DNA from: Lachnospiraceae bacterium
GTDB taxonomy: Bacteria > Bacillota > Clostridia > Lachnospirales > Lachnospiraceae
Assembly (NCBI GenBank): GCA_017994075.1
Contig: JAGOLM010000002.1
Location: forward strand, 6,636 to 70,635
Direction: 5' to 3'
Length of the DNA: 64,000 nucleotides
How positions within the stretch are numbered: position 1 is the stretch's first letter; every line of letters begins with the position of its first letter. This document shows positions 17,306 through 25,868 of this stretch, in pieces. The translations under genes were made by a program, and so were the position numbers. Below the pieces are notes generated by a model that saw only the letters and a program-made list of their open reading frames with translations, was not told where the DNA came from and did no database searches.

Positions 17306-20300
17306 TTAATTTCTCTGACTTAAAGTGTCGATAAATGCTTTTGCCACAGAATACAATTTTTTTGTAGAAACTGCATCTGTTTCATTGTTATCTACATTTC
17401 TCTGATATAGATCCATTATATCTGAAATGTCATTTTTTTTAATTTCAAGATTTGCATTGAGGCCAGACTCTTTTGATATCCGTTCTTCGAGTTCTGATTG
17501 TTTGTTTAGAAAATATTCCTCATAAGATTTGTCAGTAGTTTCGATCTTTCCTGTCACCCCTTCAGAATCTGCCTTAAATGAAGCTCGGGTTTTTGCAGAC
17601 TCACTACTCTCAATAAATATATCGACAAGTCCGCGATTTTCTTCACCCCTAACTATCTTTAATGTCATAACTCCATTTTGATCAGCAACCATTACCGGAA
17701 TATGGTATATTTCGTCATCAGCCATTTTCCCATATAGTGACAGCTCCTTGCTCATGGCTTGAATTGCCTTTAGATCTAAATATTCTCCATTTTCTGACCC
17801 TGCAAAATTCTTCATGACATTTTCTGCCTGATCTGCCAGATGCTCTTGTGCCTCTGCCATTTCTTCTGGGGTTTTACAAGCCTTCCCGTACTTTTCCATA
17901 AGCTGTTGCGTCATAGCCTTTATATCAGGATTATCTATATCTACCAAAGATCCATCTGCATTAACATGATATTTAGCCAATTGATCAAATACTTTTCTTC
18001 CATTTGAGATCATATTATAGGTGGCCGCAAGATTTGCCGGTGATGTTGGAATATCCATTTTTTCAAGAATATTATAGATCTTATCCTCTTGAACAACTGA
18101 GCTTTTGATCTCATTTGATCTGTATTCATACCAAGCTTGATTTTCTTCATCAATTTTATTTTGATTTTCTTTATTATCTCCGTCTTGATCTTGGTATTGA
18201 AGCGCTGTATCAAACTGTTCAGGAGTCATATCTATATATGCATTCTCTCCTCCCATGGCATGAAGTTTCGCAGGCGTCATGGTTTCTTCAGCATTCTTGA
18301 GATGACTCTTATGGAATGATAATTCGATCTGCTGTGTAATATTTAGCTCTTCTGTTTTTACTTCTTTTGTTATTCCAAAATTATCATCTATTGAAACTTC
18401 CTGGCCCTCATGCTTTTTAGACCTAACAGCTGTCATCATATTTCTCATCGTTACTGATGTATTCTGATGTAAAAGCTGTCCAATAACTGCACCATCAGAT
18501 TCATTTACCTGATGAATCAATCTATATATTCCGATGTAGCTCTTTTTTTCCGTATCTGTTATGTCTTTATTTTTTTCTGCTTTCCACAAGAACTCTGCCA
18601 TATCTTGTGATTTTTTATCTGCTGAATCCGAACCATCATTATAGTTTTCTGCCTCTGTACTTAACTCCTCCATGGACATATCAAGTGGATTCTTCCCATC
18701 TTTTATCATCGAAAGAACTGTTTTGGGAGTTAATTCCTTTAACGTTTTTTGAACCAATTCGTCTGAGGCTTTTACTGAAAGTATATTTTCATCTGTGATT
18801 TCAAGACTATTATAGCCAAGTATTCTTATAGCCCTTCGGTTCTCATCGGATGTATCGTATCCCATATCATTTAGAATCGTATCAACATTTCCAAATGCCT
18901 TTTTTATTGAATCTCCAAGATCTTTTCTAACCTCTGTTCCTACAGCATCATATGTATCTGTCATTTTATCATAGGCTTTTCTTTGAACTATTTTTTCAAA
19001 GTTCGTCGCCTTTTCTTCGAAGCTGTTCTTTACTCTCTGTCCATCTTCATATACTTTTTGGAATGACACATACCCTATATACTTATATGATCCTATAAGC
19101 GATGCAGGAAGATCTGACATCTCATCGGCTTCGGATATGGTCTTGGTATATAATTCCTTTTCACTATCATTCAAATCTGAAATAGAACCTGATGACATAT
19201 TAGTTATCTCATTTATCATATTTAAGATCGGTTCTGTTTCAATATTAATGCCTAGCTTCTGAAGTGTCACCAACGAATCTCTTGTCATGATGTTTTTAGC
19301 ATTATTTAATAAGTCCTGTGCTGACATACCTGTAGCAGATGTGGCGGTAGCAACAATGTTCAACGCTGATGTGCCTGATCCTGTTTTGGACTCTATCATA
19401 ATTTCAACTGATATTATCCTAAGTGCCTTTATATTTAATGTATTAACGTCAGACTTCGCATTTTGAACTTTTTCAGGTTCGGCATTCTCAATTGTGGAAA
19501 TTGCTTCATCTGCCTGATCCTGCATTGAGAACCCAGCAATGACACAAGCATCCTGAGGTTTCCTACCATTCGAAATCGTATCAATAATATTATCCGAAAC
19601 CGACTTGGAATCTAACACTGGATTATTGATAAGTTTATTTAGAAAAGTAAGATTTTCCGGTGTGACCGGAAGGTCTTCACTTAACAACCACGCTGCTTCT
19701 TTCTGTGACTCTGAATCATTTTTTATTCCTGCTTCATTTATAACTTTTCCCAAACTATCCTCTAGTTCCTTTGGAACATCGGTGTTCTGAACAGCTTCAT
19801 TAATTGAAATATCATCTGCTGTATTTCCAGCAAAAACGGCCTGGTAAACATTGTCAATCGTCGGTTCCTTGCCATTTTTTATAAGATATTTAGCTGTATC
19901 CTGGGTAATTTCTTTTGAGTCATCAGCTCCGAGCTTAGTTCCTATTTCCTGAAATTTAAAATCGGCTTCTTTGACATTCTTAATAGTATCAGCGTCTACC
20001 GGAAGATCGGCTGCTTTCAGATTTCTTTCTATTCCTGATGCAACACCGACGTTTCCCGTTACCTTTTCTATTGTCTCACTGTCAAGACCACCCATGGCAC
20101 TGACATCTACTCCGCCCTTTGCAAGGCTTACTTTAATTTTATCAGAAACGGTCACAAAGTCCTTGGGATCTATATTCTCTGGAGATAGTCCCTGATTTTG
20201 CATTTCCTGTATATCTTTTCCTGTGGTATTCATTACAAACATAATAAATCCGTTACGTCTGGTTTTTTCTTCGTTTTCGTTCTGCGGAATATCATCCACC

Positions 20301-20509
20301 ACACTTTTTCCGTTTTTACCATACGAATCAGAGTTTATATTTATTTTTCGCAAAAATGATGACGCCGTAATTTCTTTTGTATCTGAATCTTTATTCTGAA
20401 TTGCCTTCGTTCCATCCGTGGAAGATTTGGATAATTCCCTTATCCCCTTGCCTTCATCTCGATACGGTTTAACATAATTCGCTATCTGTCGAAGCAATTC
20501 TTCTCTCAT
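17306..20509 (-). CDS. Very large acidic FliK-like / DUF6240-like protein (about 1067 aa)
   Basis: Long helical acidic body with repeated L-x3-[GD]-[LI]-x3-x-[ED]N units. Beta-rich C-terminal domain (YHIPVMV...MTLKIVRG...LVDIFIE...ASFKA) reminiscent of FliK-C. Start moved to ATG 20509. Confidence 0.6.
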   Translation of the reverse strand: MREELLRQIANYVKPYRDEGKGIRELSKSSTDGTKAIQNKDSDTKEITASSFLRKININSDSYGKNGKSVVDDIPQNENEEKTRRNGFIMFVMNTTGKDIQEMQNQGLSPENIDPKDFVTVSDKIKVSLAKGGVDVSAMGGLDSETIEKVTGNVGVASGIERNLKAADLPVDADTIKNVKEADFKFQEIGTKLGADDSKEITQDTAKYLIKNGKEPTIDNVYQAVFAGNTADDISINEAVQNTDVPKELEDSLGKVINEAGIKNDSESQKEAAWLLSEDLPVTPENLTFLNKLINNPVLDSKSVSDNIIDTISNGRKPQDACVIAGFSMQDQADEAISTIENAEPEKVQNAKSDVNTLNIKALRIISVEIMIESKTGSGTSALNIVATATSATGMSAQDLLNNAKNIMTRDSLVTLQKLGINIETEPILNMINEITNMSSGSISDLNDSEKELYTKTISEADEMSDLPASLIGSYKYIGYVSFQKVYEDGQRVKNSFEEKATNFEKIVQRKAYDKMTDTYDAVGTEVRKDLGDSIKKAFGNVDTILNDMGYDTSDENRRAIRILGYNSLEITDENILSVKASDELVQKTLKELTPKTVLSMIKDGKNPLDMSMEELSTEAENYNDGSDSADKKSQDMAEFLWKAEKNKDITDTEKKSYIGIYRLIHQVNESDGAVIGQLLHQNTSVTMRNMMTAVRSKKHEGQEVSIDDNFGITKEVKTEELNITQQIELSFHKSHLKNAEETMTPAKLHAMGGENAYIDMTPEQFDTALQYQDQDGDNKENQNKIDEENQAWYEYRSNEIKSSVVQEDKIYNILEKMDIPTSPANLAATYNMISNGRKVFDQLAKYHVNADGSLVDIDNPDIKAMTQQLMEKYGKACKTPEEMAEAQEHLADQAENVMKNFAGSENGEYLDLKAIQAMSKELSLYGKMADDEIYHIPVMVADQNGVMTLKIVRGEENRGLVDIFIESSESAKTRASFKADSEGVTGKIETTDKSYEEYFLNKQSELEERISKESGLNANLEIKKNDISDIMDLYQRNVDNNETDAVSTKKLYSVAKAFIDTLSQRN

Positions 20510-20584
20510 ATTTTGTCCTGTTCTGGAATTATTTTTATTACACTTACATATTCTATTTCGGATTAAACGGGATTTTCTTAATAA

Positions 20585-20682
20585 AAATAACCAGAATATT
20601 TTCAATTATCTATGAAAGTATATACCATGCAATTCCGTATATATAACATCCATAAATTATCGATAAAATATTCTGGTTATTT
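20585..20682. repeat. Perfect 18-bp inverted repeat enclosing 62 bp
   Basis: 20585-20602 AAATAACCAGAATATTTT and 20665-20682 AAAATATTCTGGTTATTT are exact reverse complements. Confidence 0.92.
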
Positions 20683-20683
20683 A
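20657..20683 (-). promoter_or_regulatory. Putative sigma-28 (SigD/FliA) promoter of the flagellin module
   Basis: TAAA-15 nt-ATCGATAA on the minus strand, against consensus TAAA-N15-GCCGATAA. Confidence 0.6.
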
Positions 20684-20691
20684 TTATTTAT

Positions 20692-21291
20692 CTACAGTGC
20701 TATGCGGCCTTCAAGAGCTCGAAGCAATGTAACCTCATCTATATTTTCAATATCTCCGCCTACCGGAACTCCACTGGCAATTCTGGTAACTTTGACTCCT
20801 GTAGGTTTGATCAGCTTGCTTAAATACATAGCTGTTGTCTCACCCTCCAGGCTGGAATTCGTTGCAATTATAACTTCGTCTATGTCATCTTTCTGCAGAC
20901 GAACCATTAGTTCTTTTAATCGAATATCCTCAGGCCCGATCCCTTGCATAGGTGAAATGGCACCATGAAGCACATGGTATACACCATCATATTTCCCAGT
21001 TTTTTCATATGCCACCAGATCCCTTGTGTCTTCTACCACCATTATTTCCTTGTGATTCCTTTTAGGGTTCTTACATATAGGACATATATCTTGATCTGTC
21101 AGGGTATAACATTCCTTGCAATAATGCACATTTTCTCTTGCACTAATAAGGGAATCCGCTATCCTCTTCACATCTTCTTTGGGCAGATGAAGAATATGAA
21201 ACGCCAGTCTCTGGGCAGATTTCGGTCCGATTCCCGGAAGTGATGAGAGACTCTCTATCAGTCGTGATATCTCACTGCTGTAATAATCCAT
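20692..21291 (-). CDS. recR: Recombination mediator RecR
   Basis: LPGIGPKSAQRLAFH HhH motif, C4 Zn finger, Toprim motif EGETTA...ASGVPVGGDIE. Confidence 0.97.
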   Translation of the reverse strand: MDYYSSEISRLIESLSSLPGIGPKSAQRLAFHILHLPKEDVKRIADSLISARENVHYCKECYTLTDQDICPICKNPKRNHKEIMVVEDTRDLVAYEKTGKYDGVYHVLHGAISPMQGIGPEDIRLKELMVRLQKDDIDEVIIATNSSLEGETTAMYLSKLIKPTGVKVTRIASGVPVGGDIENIDEVTLLRALEGRIAL

Positions 21292-21302
21292 TCATTCACC
21301 AA

Positions 21303-21656
21303 TTACATTCCTAACATTCCACCACCGAGACCACCTGAAAACTTGGACATGGAATCCTGAGAAAGCTCATCAACTTTTCGAAGGGCTTCGTTAACTGCTG
21401 CCATAACAAGATCTTCAAGTGTTTCTACATCCTCAGGGTCTACTGCATCAGGGGAAATGGTTATTTTCTTGATTTCCTTTTTTCCGGTTGCTGTCACTTC
21501 AATAACACCGCCACCTGCTGTAGCTGTTACTTCCTTGCCTTCCATTTCCTTGGAAGCTTCCTCCATTTGATGCTGCATTCTCTGTGCCTGTTTCATCAGA
21601 TTATTCATATTTCCAGGCATACCATTACCACCTGAAAAACCACCTCTTTTTGACAT
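21303..21656 (-). CDS. ybaB: YbaB/EbfC nucleoid-associated protein
   Basis: MNNLMKQAQRMQ...AGGGVIEV...VDPEDVETLEDLVMAAVNEA. Lies between dnaX and recR. Confidence 0.95.
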   Translation of the reverse strand: MSKRGGFSGGNGMPGNMNNLMKQAQRMQHQMEEASKEMEGKEVTATAGGGVIEVTATGKKEIKKITISPDAVDPEDVETLEDLVMAAVNEALRKVDELSQDSMSKFSGGLGGGMLGM

Positions 21657-21660
21657 AGTA

Positions 21661-23256
21661 TTAATCCTCCGTTTCTATTGGGAACCCTATTTCCTGACTG
21701 AATGCTTCAATTGCATCCGTATATTTCTTTTCAGGTCTTCCTGCTTCTATACGTATGTCAACAGGAATCTCCGTCTTGGCATATTCATTCAACTGTTTTA
21801 TAAAATAGCAGTGGGCCTCTTCCTTTATGAGCATATCATATTCAATTTCTTTTTGACTTCCATAAACTAATAGAAGTTTACCATCCTCTGATACACTGAC
21901 GTATGCCACTTCAAGTATTGTCTTGAGCCAGCTAACCTGTTTTCCAATGAAGCTTCTCCAGTTTCCGGCTATTTTCTTGACAATTTCAGGAACATCTGTT
22001 GGAAGAGGTTCCTTGATTACATTTTCTTCTGATTCCTCTTCAAATTCATGAGAAACGCCACCGGCCTTTACATCCTGAAAAACCCGTTCTCCGATTTCTC
22101 CGCTTTTTAATCCAGCCTCTAGATTAGCAATTCTATTGATAACAGAACCGTAATCCTCCTCCATTTCAGGTCTTGCAAGCTTGATTATAGATGCTTCCAA
22201 TAGAATTCTCTTTTGAGATGAATACTTCATTTCATTTGAAAGCTCTGACATTACACGAATATATCGCATAATGATTTCTTTTTCCGTTATTGCAGATTCC
22301 TCTTTCAGCACCTTATATGTCTCTTCTGAAACATCTATAACCTCTGCCGCATCGGACATACTTTTTACTATCATGAGATTTCTTAAATACCATATGAAAT
22401 CGTTTACAAACTGTCCTAGCTCCCGTCCGTCTCTTACTACTTTTTCAATTATCTCAATTGCTGTCAGGCTATCTGATTTCCTTACAGCTTCAAAAAGACT
22501 TGAAAAAATACTTGTATCAACCGCTCCTAAAATATTAAGAACTTTTTCGTATGTAATTTCGCTATTGCTAAAAAAAGCTATACACTCATCCAAAAGGCTA
22601 AGTGCATCTCTCATAGACCCATCGGCTGCCTTAGCAATATAATCAAGTGCCTTGTCTTCTATTTTCACATTCTCGGCATCCATCAGATCTCTCATCCGAT
22701 TCCCTATGGTGTCCACCGATATTCTGTGAAAATCATATCTCTGACATCTTGATACGATCGTAACCGGGATTTTATGTATCTCCGTTGTTGCTAAAATAAA
22801 AATGACATATGCCGGCGGTTCTTCCAAGGTCTTGAGTAGTGCATTGAATGCCCCAGTAGAGAGCATATGAACCTCATCAATGATGTAGACCTTGTATCGT
22901 CCCTCTGTTGGAGGATATTGAACTTCTTCAATTATTTCTCTTACATTTGCAACACTATTATTTGATGCTGCATCAATTTCAATTACATTCATTGACGTTC
23001 CCTGCATTATTTTCCTGCAGAGATCACATGTATTGTCCGGACTTCCATCTTCTTCTGTGTGTTCACAGTTTACAGCTCTTGCAAATATCTTGGCTACTGT
23101 TGTTTTACCGGTACCACGTGTACCTGTAAAAAGATACGCATGCCCGATTCTTCCAGTCGTTATCTGATTTTTAAGTGCTGTAATAATATGATCCTGGCCC
23201 TTTACATCTTCAAACTTCTGTGGTCTGAACTTTCTATACAGTGCCATGTATGACAT
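21661..23256 (-). CDS. dnaX: DNA polymerase III subunit gamma/tau
   Basis: ALYRKFRPQKF, GTRGTGKTT, IDEVHML, LKTLEEPP, SRCQ, GSMRDALSLLD. Confidence 0.97.
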   Translation of the reverse strand: MSYMALYRKFRPQKFEDVKGQDHIITALKNQITTGRIGHAYLFTGTRGTGKTTVAKIFARAVNCEHTEEDGSPDNTCDLCRKIMQGTSMNVIEIDAASNNSVANVREIIEEVQYPPTEGRYKVYIIDEVHMLSTGAFNALLKTLEEPPAYVIFILATTEIHKIPVTIVSRCQRYDFHRISVDTIGNRMRDLMDAENVKIEDKALDYIAKAADGSMRDALSLLDECIAFFSNSEITYEKVLNILGAVDTSIFSSLFEAVRKSDSLTAIEIIEKVVRDGRELGQFVNDFIWYLRNLMIVKSMSDAAEVIDVSEETYKVLKEESAITEKEIIMRYIRVMSELSNEMKYSSQKRILLEASIIKLARPEMEEDYGSVINRIANLEAGLKSGEIGERVFQDVKAGGVSHEFEEESEENVIKEPLPTDVPEIVKKIAGNWRSFIGKQVSWLKTILEVAYVSVSEDGKLLLVYGSQKEIEYDMLIKEEAHCYFIKQLNEYAKTEIPVDIRIEAGRPEKKYTDAIEAFSQEIGFPIETED

Positions 23257-23261
23257 GCTTT

Positions 23262-24332
23262 TTACTCTCCGAAACTAATTCCCATTCTCTTTATGTCTTT
23301 TATCATATCGCTTTCCGGGTCAACCGCTTTTAATTTTCCTGCGACATTTTCCAGCGGAACTCTAGTTGTTTCGCCGTTAACCATTGCTATCATATTGCCA
23401 AAGTCCTTATCCATTATTGCAGCTGCAGCTTCTGATCCCAATCTTGTACATAAAATCCTATCATATATACATGGGTTGCCGCCTCTTTGCATGTGTCCTG
23501 GAACAGTAACTCTAACTTCCATCCCGGTTTTTTCCTCTATTTCGGCTGCAATCTTATATGAAACGGAGGGATATATCGACTCGCTAAGCTTTTGTTTTCT
23601 TTCTTTCTTGGGAAGTTTTGCTGTTTCTTTTGAAATGGCACCTTCTGCTACAGCAAGAATAGTAAAATTCTTACCTTCTTCATGTCTTTTTTTAATTCCA
23701 TTTACTACAGAATCAATATCATAAGGTATCTCAGGAATCAGAATTACATCAGCTCCAGAACCAACTCCTGCATATAATGTCAACCATCCAACCTTATGTC
23801 CCATAACTTCAACAATAAAAACTCTGTTATGAGAAGCTGCTGTTGTATGAATGCAATCAATTGCATGTGATGCTATTTCAACTGCACTATAAAATCCAAA
23901 AGTAATATCTGTTCCATAAATGTCATTATCAATCGTCTTTGGCAGGTGTATAACATTCAGCCCCTCTTCTCTCAAAAGATTAGCTGTTTTCTGAGTTCCA
24001 TTTCCACCTAATATGACAAGGCAATCCAACTTTAGTTTTTTATAATTTGCCTTCATGGCCTCAACCTTATCGAGACCGTCGGCATCCGGCTTTCTAATAT
24101 CCTTAAACGGAGTTCTTGATGATCCAAGAATAGTACCACCTATTGTCAGTATCCCGGAAAAGTCATTTCTAGTAAGAAGTCTATATTTTCCGTAGATAAG
24201 TCCCTGATACCCATTCATAAAACCATAGATTGTAAGATCCTTAACATTATTACTCAGTGCCTTGACTACACCTCTCATTGCTGCGTTAAGTGCCTGACAG
24301 TCACCACCACTTGTTAGCATACCAATCTTCAT
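23262..24332 (-). CDS. pfkA: 6-phosphofructokinase (PfkA family, group III type)
   Basis: LTSGGD, GGNGT, PKTIDND, VEVMGH, GHMQRGG. Confidence 0.93.
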   Translation of the reverse strand: MKIGMLTSGGDCQALNAAMRGVVKALSNNVKDLTIYGFMNGYQGLIYGKYRLLTRNDFSGILTIGGTILGSSRTPFKDIRKPDADGLDKVEAMKANYKKLKLDCLVILGGNGTQKTANLLREEGLNVIHLPKTIDNDIYGTDITFGFYSAVEIASHAIDCIHTTAASHNRVFIVEVMGHKVGWLTLYAGVGSGADVILIPEIPYDIDSVVNGIKKRHEEGKNFTILAVAEGAISKETAKLPKKERKQKLSESIYPSVSYKIAAEIEEKTGMEVRVTVPGHMQRGGNPCIYDRILCTRLGSEAAAAIMDKDFGNMIAMVNGETTRVPLENVAGKLKAVDPESDMIKDIKRMGISFGE

Positions 24333-24374
24333 GATTTTCTCCTCTTAACCGCTGGTAAGGATTTCGGTCCGGTT

Positions 24375-25820
24375 TTATTTTTCTGCAAGTACTTCCTTGA
24401 CATATGCGTATGTTCTCTGTGTTGAAGATATGCTGAGCTTCTCCTCTGTTGTATGAACATCATGAAGGTCTGCTCCGATTGATATACAATCAAGTCCCGG
24501 AATCTTGCCTGACATGATTCCACATTCAAGACCAGCATGAATTATCTCTGTTGTCGGCTTTTTACCAAACATTTCCTCAAATATACGAACCATTTTATCT
24601 CTAAGTGGAGATTCCTTACGATATTCCCATGCTGGATATTCTCCATTTATCTCGACTTCTCCGCCTATCTGATCTGTAATAAGTGTAATGACTCTCTCGA
24701 CATCTCTTCTTCCGCTTTCAAGAGCAGATCTTACAGCAAATACCAACTTGAGATTTGTTTCATCAAGTGTCAGTATTCCAACATTCAATGATGTCTCAGG
24801 CATTCCCACCATATCTGCTGACATCCTCTGGATTCCATTAGGAAGTGCAAGTATGAGTGTTGCTACCTTCTTTGATTCAACTGGCGACAGTACTGATTCC
24901 TTTACAGAACCTTGCTCTTTAACTTCTAGTTTGAAATCCGGATCAGTTGTTCCAAATTCATTGCCAATTGCCTCTGCTTCTGATAAAAGAATCTTTTTAA
25001 TTTCATCTACTTCTTCTGAAGCTACCATTATCTTTGCTTCAGCCCTCTTTGGAATGGCATTGTCTTTTCCGCCACCAACCATTGATATGATCCTTATATC
25101 ATTTTTCTGTGAAGCTGCTGCAATCACTCTAGCTATCGCTCTTATAGCATTAACGCTCCATCTTGTTATCGTTGATCCTGAATGTCCACCTGATGCTCCA
25201 TCAAACACAAGATCGAGTTCAACGCCCTCATGAATTTCTCTACTAGGTTTGTAATTTACAACCGTTGAACTTCCTCCTGCACATCCTAAGCAAAATATAC
25301 CTTCATCCTCTGAATCAAGGTTGATAAACTGCTTGCCTTTAAGCATTGAAAGATCGATTGCTGTTGCACCATCCATTCCAACCTCTTCAGCTGTAGTAAT
25401 TACAAATTCAATTCTAGGTGCCTTAAGGTCTGGATCATCCATAAGTGCAAGCCCCATGGCTACTCCAAAACCATCATCTGCTCCAAGTGTTGTTCCCTTT
25501 GCATACACATAATCTCCGTCATATGCTACTTCAACACCTTCGTTATCCATATCTTTTCCAAGGCCGGTAACCTGTTCACATACCATATCCATATGACCCT
25601 GTAGGATAACAGGTGGAACATCTTCATAACCAGGAGCTGCTTCCCTTATCATGATCACATTAAATGCACTGTCCTGATATACCTCGAAATCATGTTTTTT
25701 TGCAAAATCCACCAGATAGTTGCTGACCTTTTCTTCCTTATAAGATGGTCTTGGAATCTTTGTAAGCTCTTCTAAATAATGAAATACATCCTTGGGTTCA
25801 AGATTTTCTAATACTGACAT
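24375..25820 (-). CDS. pepD: Aminoacyl-histidine dipeptidase (M20C)
   Basis: LQGHMDMV, TTLGADDG, EEVGMDGA, NLDSEDEG, IHAGLECG. Confidence 0.92.
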   Translation of the reverse strand: MSVLENLEPKDVFHYLEELTKIPRPSYKEEKVSNYLVDFAKKHDFEVYQDSAFNVIMIREAAPGYEDVPPVILQGHMDMVCEQVTGLGKDMDNEGVEVAYDGDYVYAKGTTLGADDGFGVAMGLALMDDPDLKAPRIEFVITTAEEVGMDGATAIDLSMLKGKQFINLDSEDEGIFCLGCAGGSSTVVNYKPSREIHEGVELDLVFDGASGGHSGSTITRWSVNAIRAIARVIAAASQKNDIRIISMVGGGKDNAIPKRAEAKIMVASEEVDEIKKILLSEAEAIGNEFGTTDPDFKLEVKEQGSVKESVLSPVESKKVATLILALPNGIQRMSADMVGMPETSLNVGILTLDETNLKLVFAVRSALESGRRDVERVITLITDQIGGEVEINGEYPAWEYRKESPLRDKMVRIFEEMFGKKPTTEIIHAGLECGIMSGKIPGLDCISIGADLHDVHTTEEKLSISSTQRTYAYVKEVLAEK

Positions 25821-25868
25821 TTTTGTTTCCTTTCAAGTCTTAATACATTGTCCTATAAAATTGCAGAA

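Noticed and set aside
20510-20605. ORF-track N-terminal 32 aa of the 1099-aa ORF, and similar upstream extensions of rpsF, rpsR, ntpA, ntpG, AraC and the peptidases
   Set aside because: Downstream starts have better RBSs or match the family N-terminus. For the giant protein the RBS at 20509 is weak, so its start remains uncertain.
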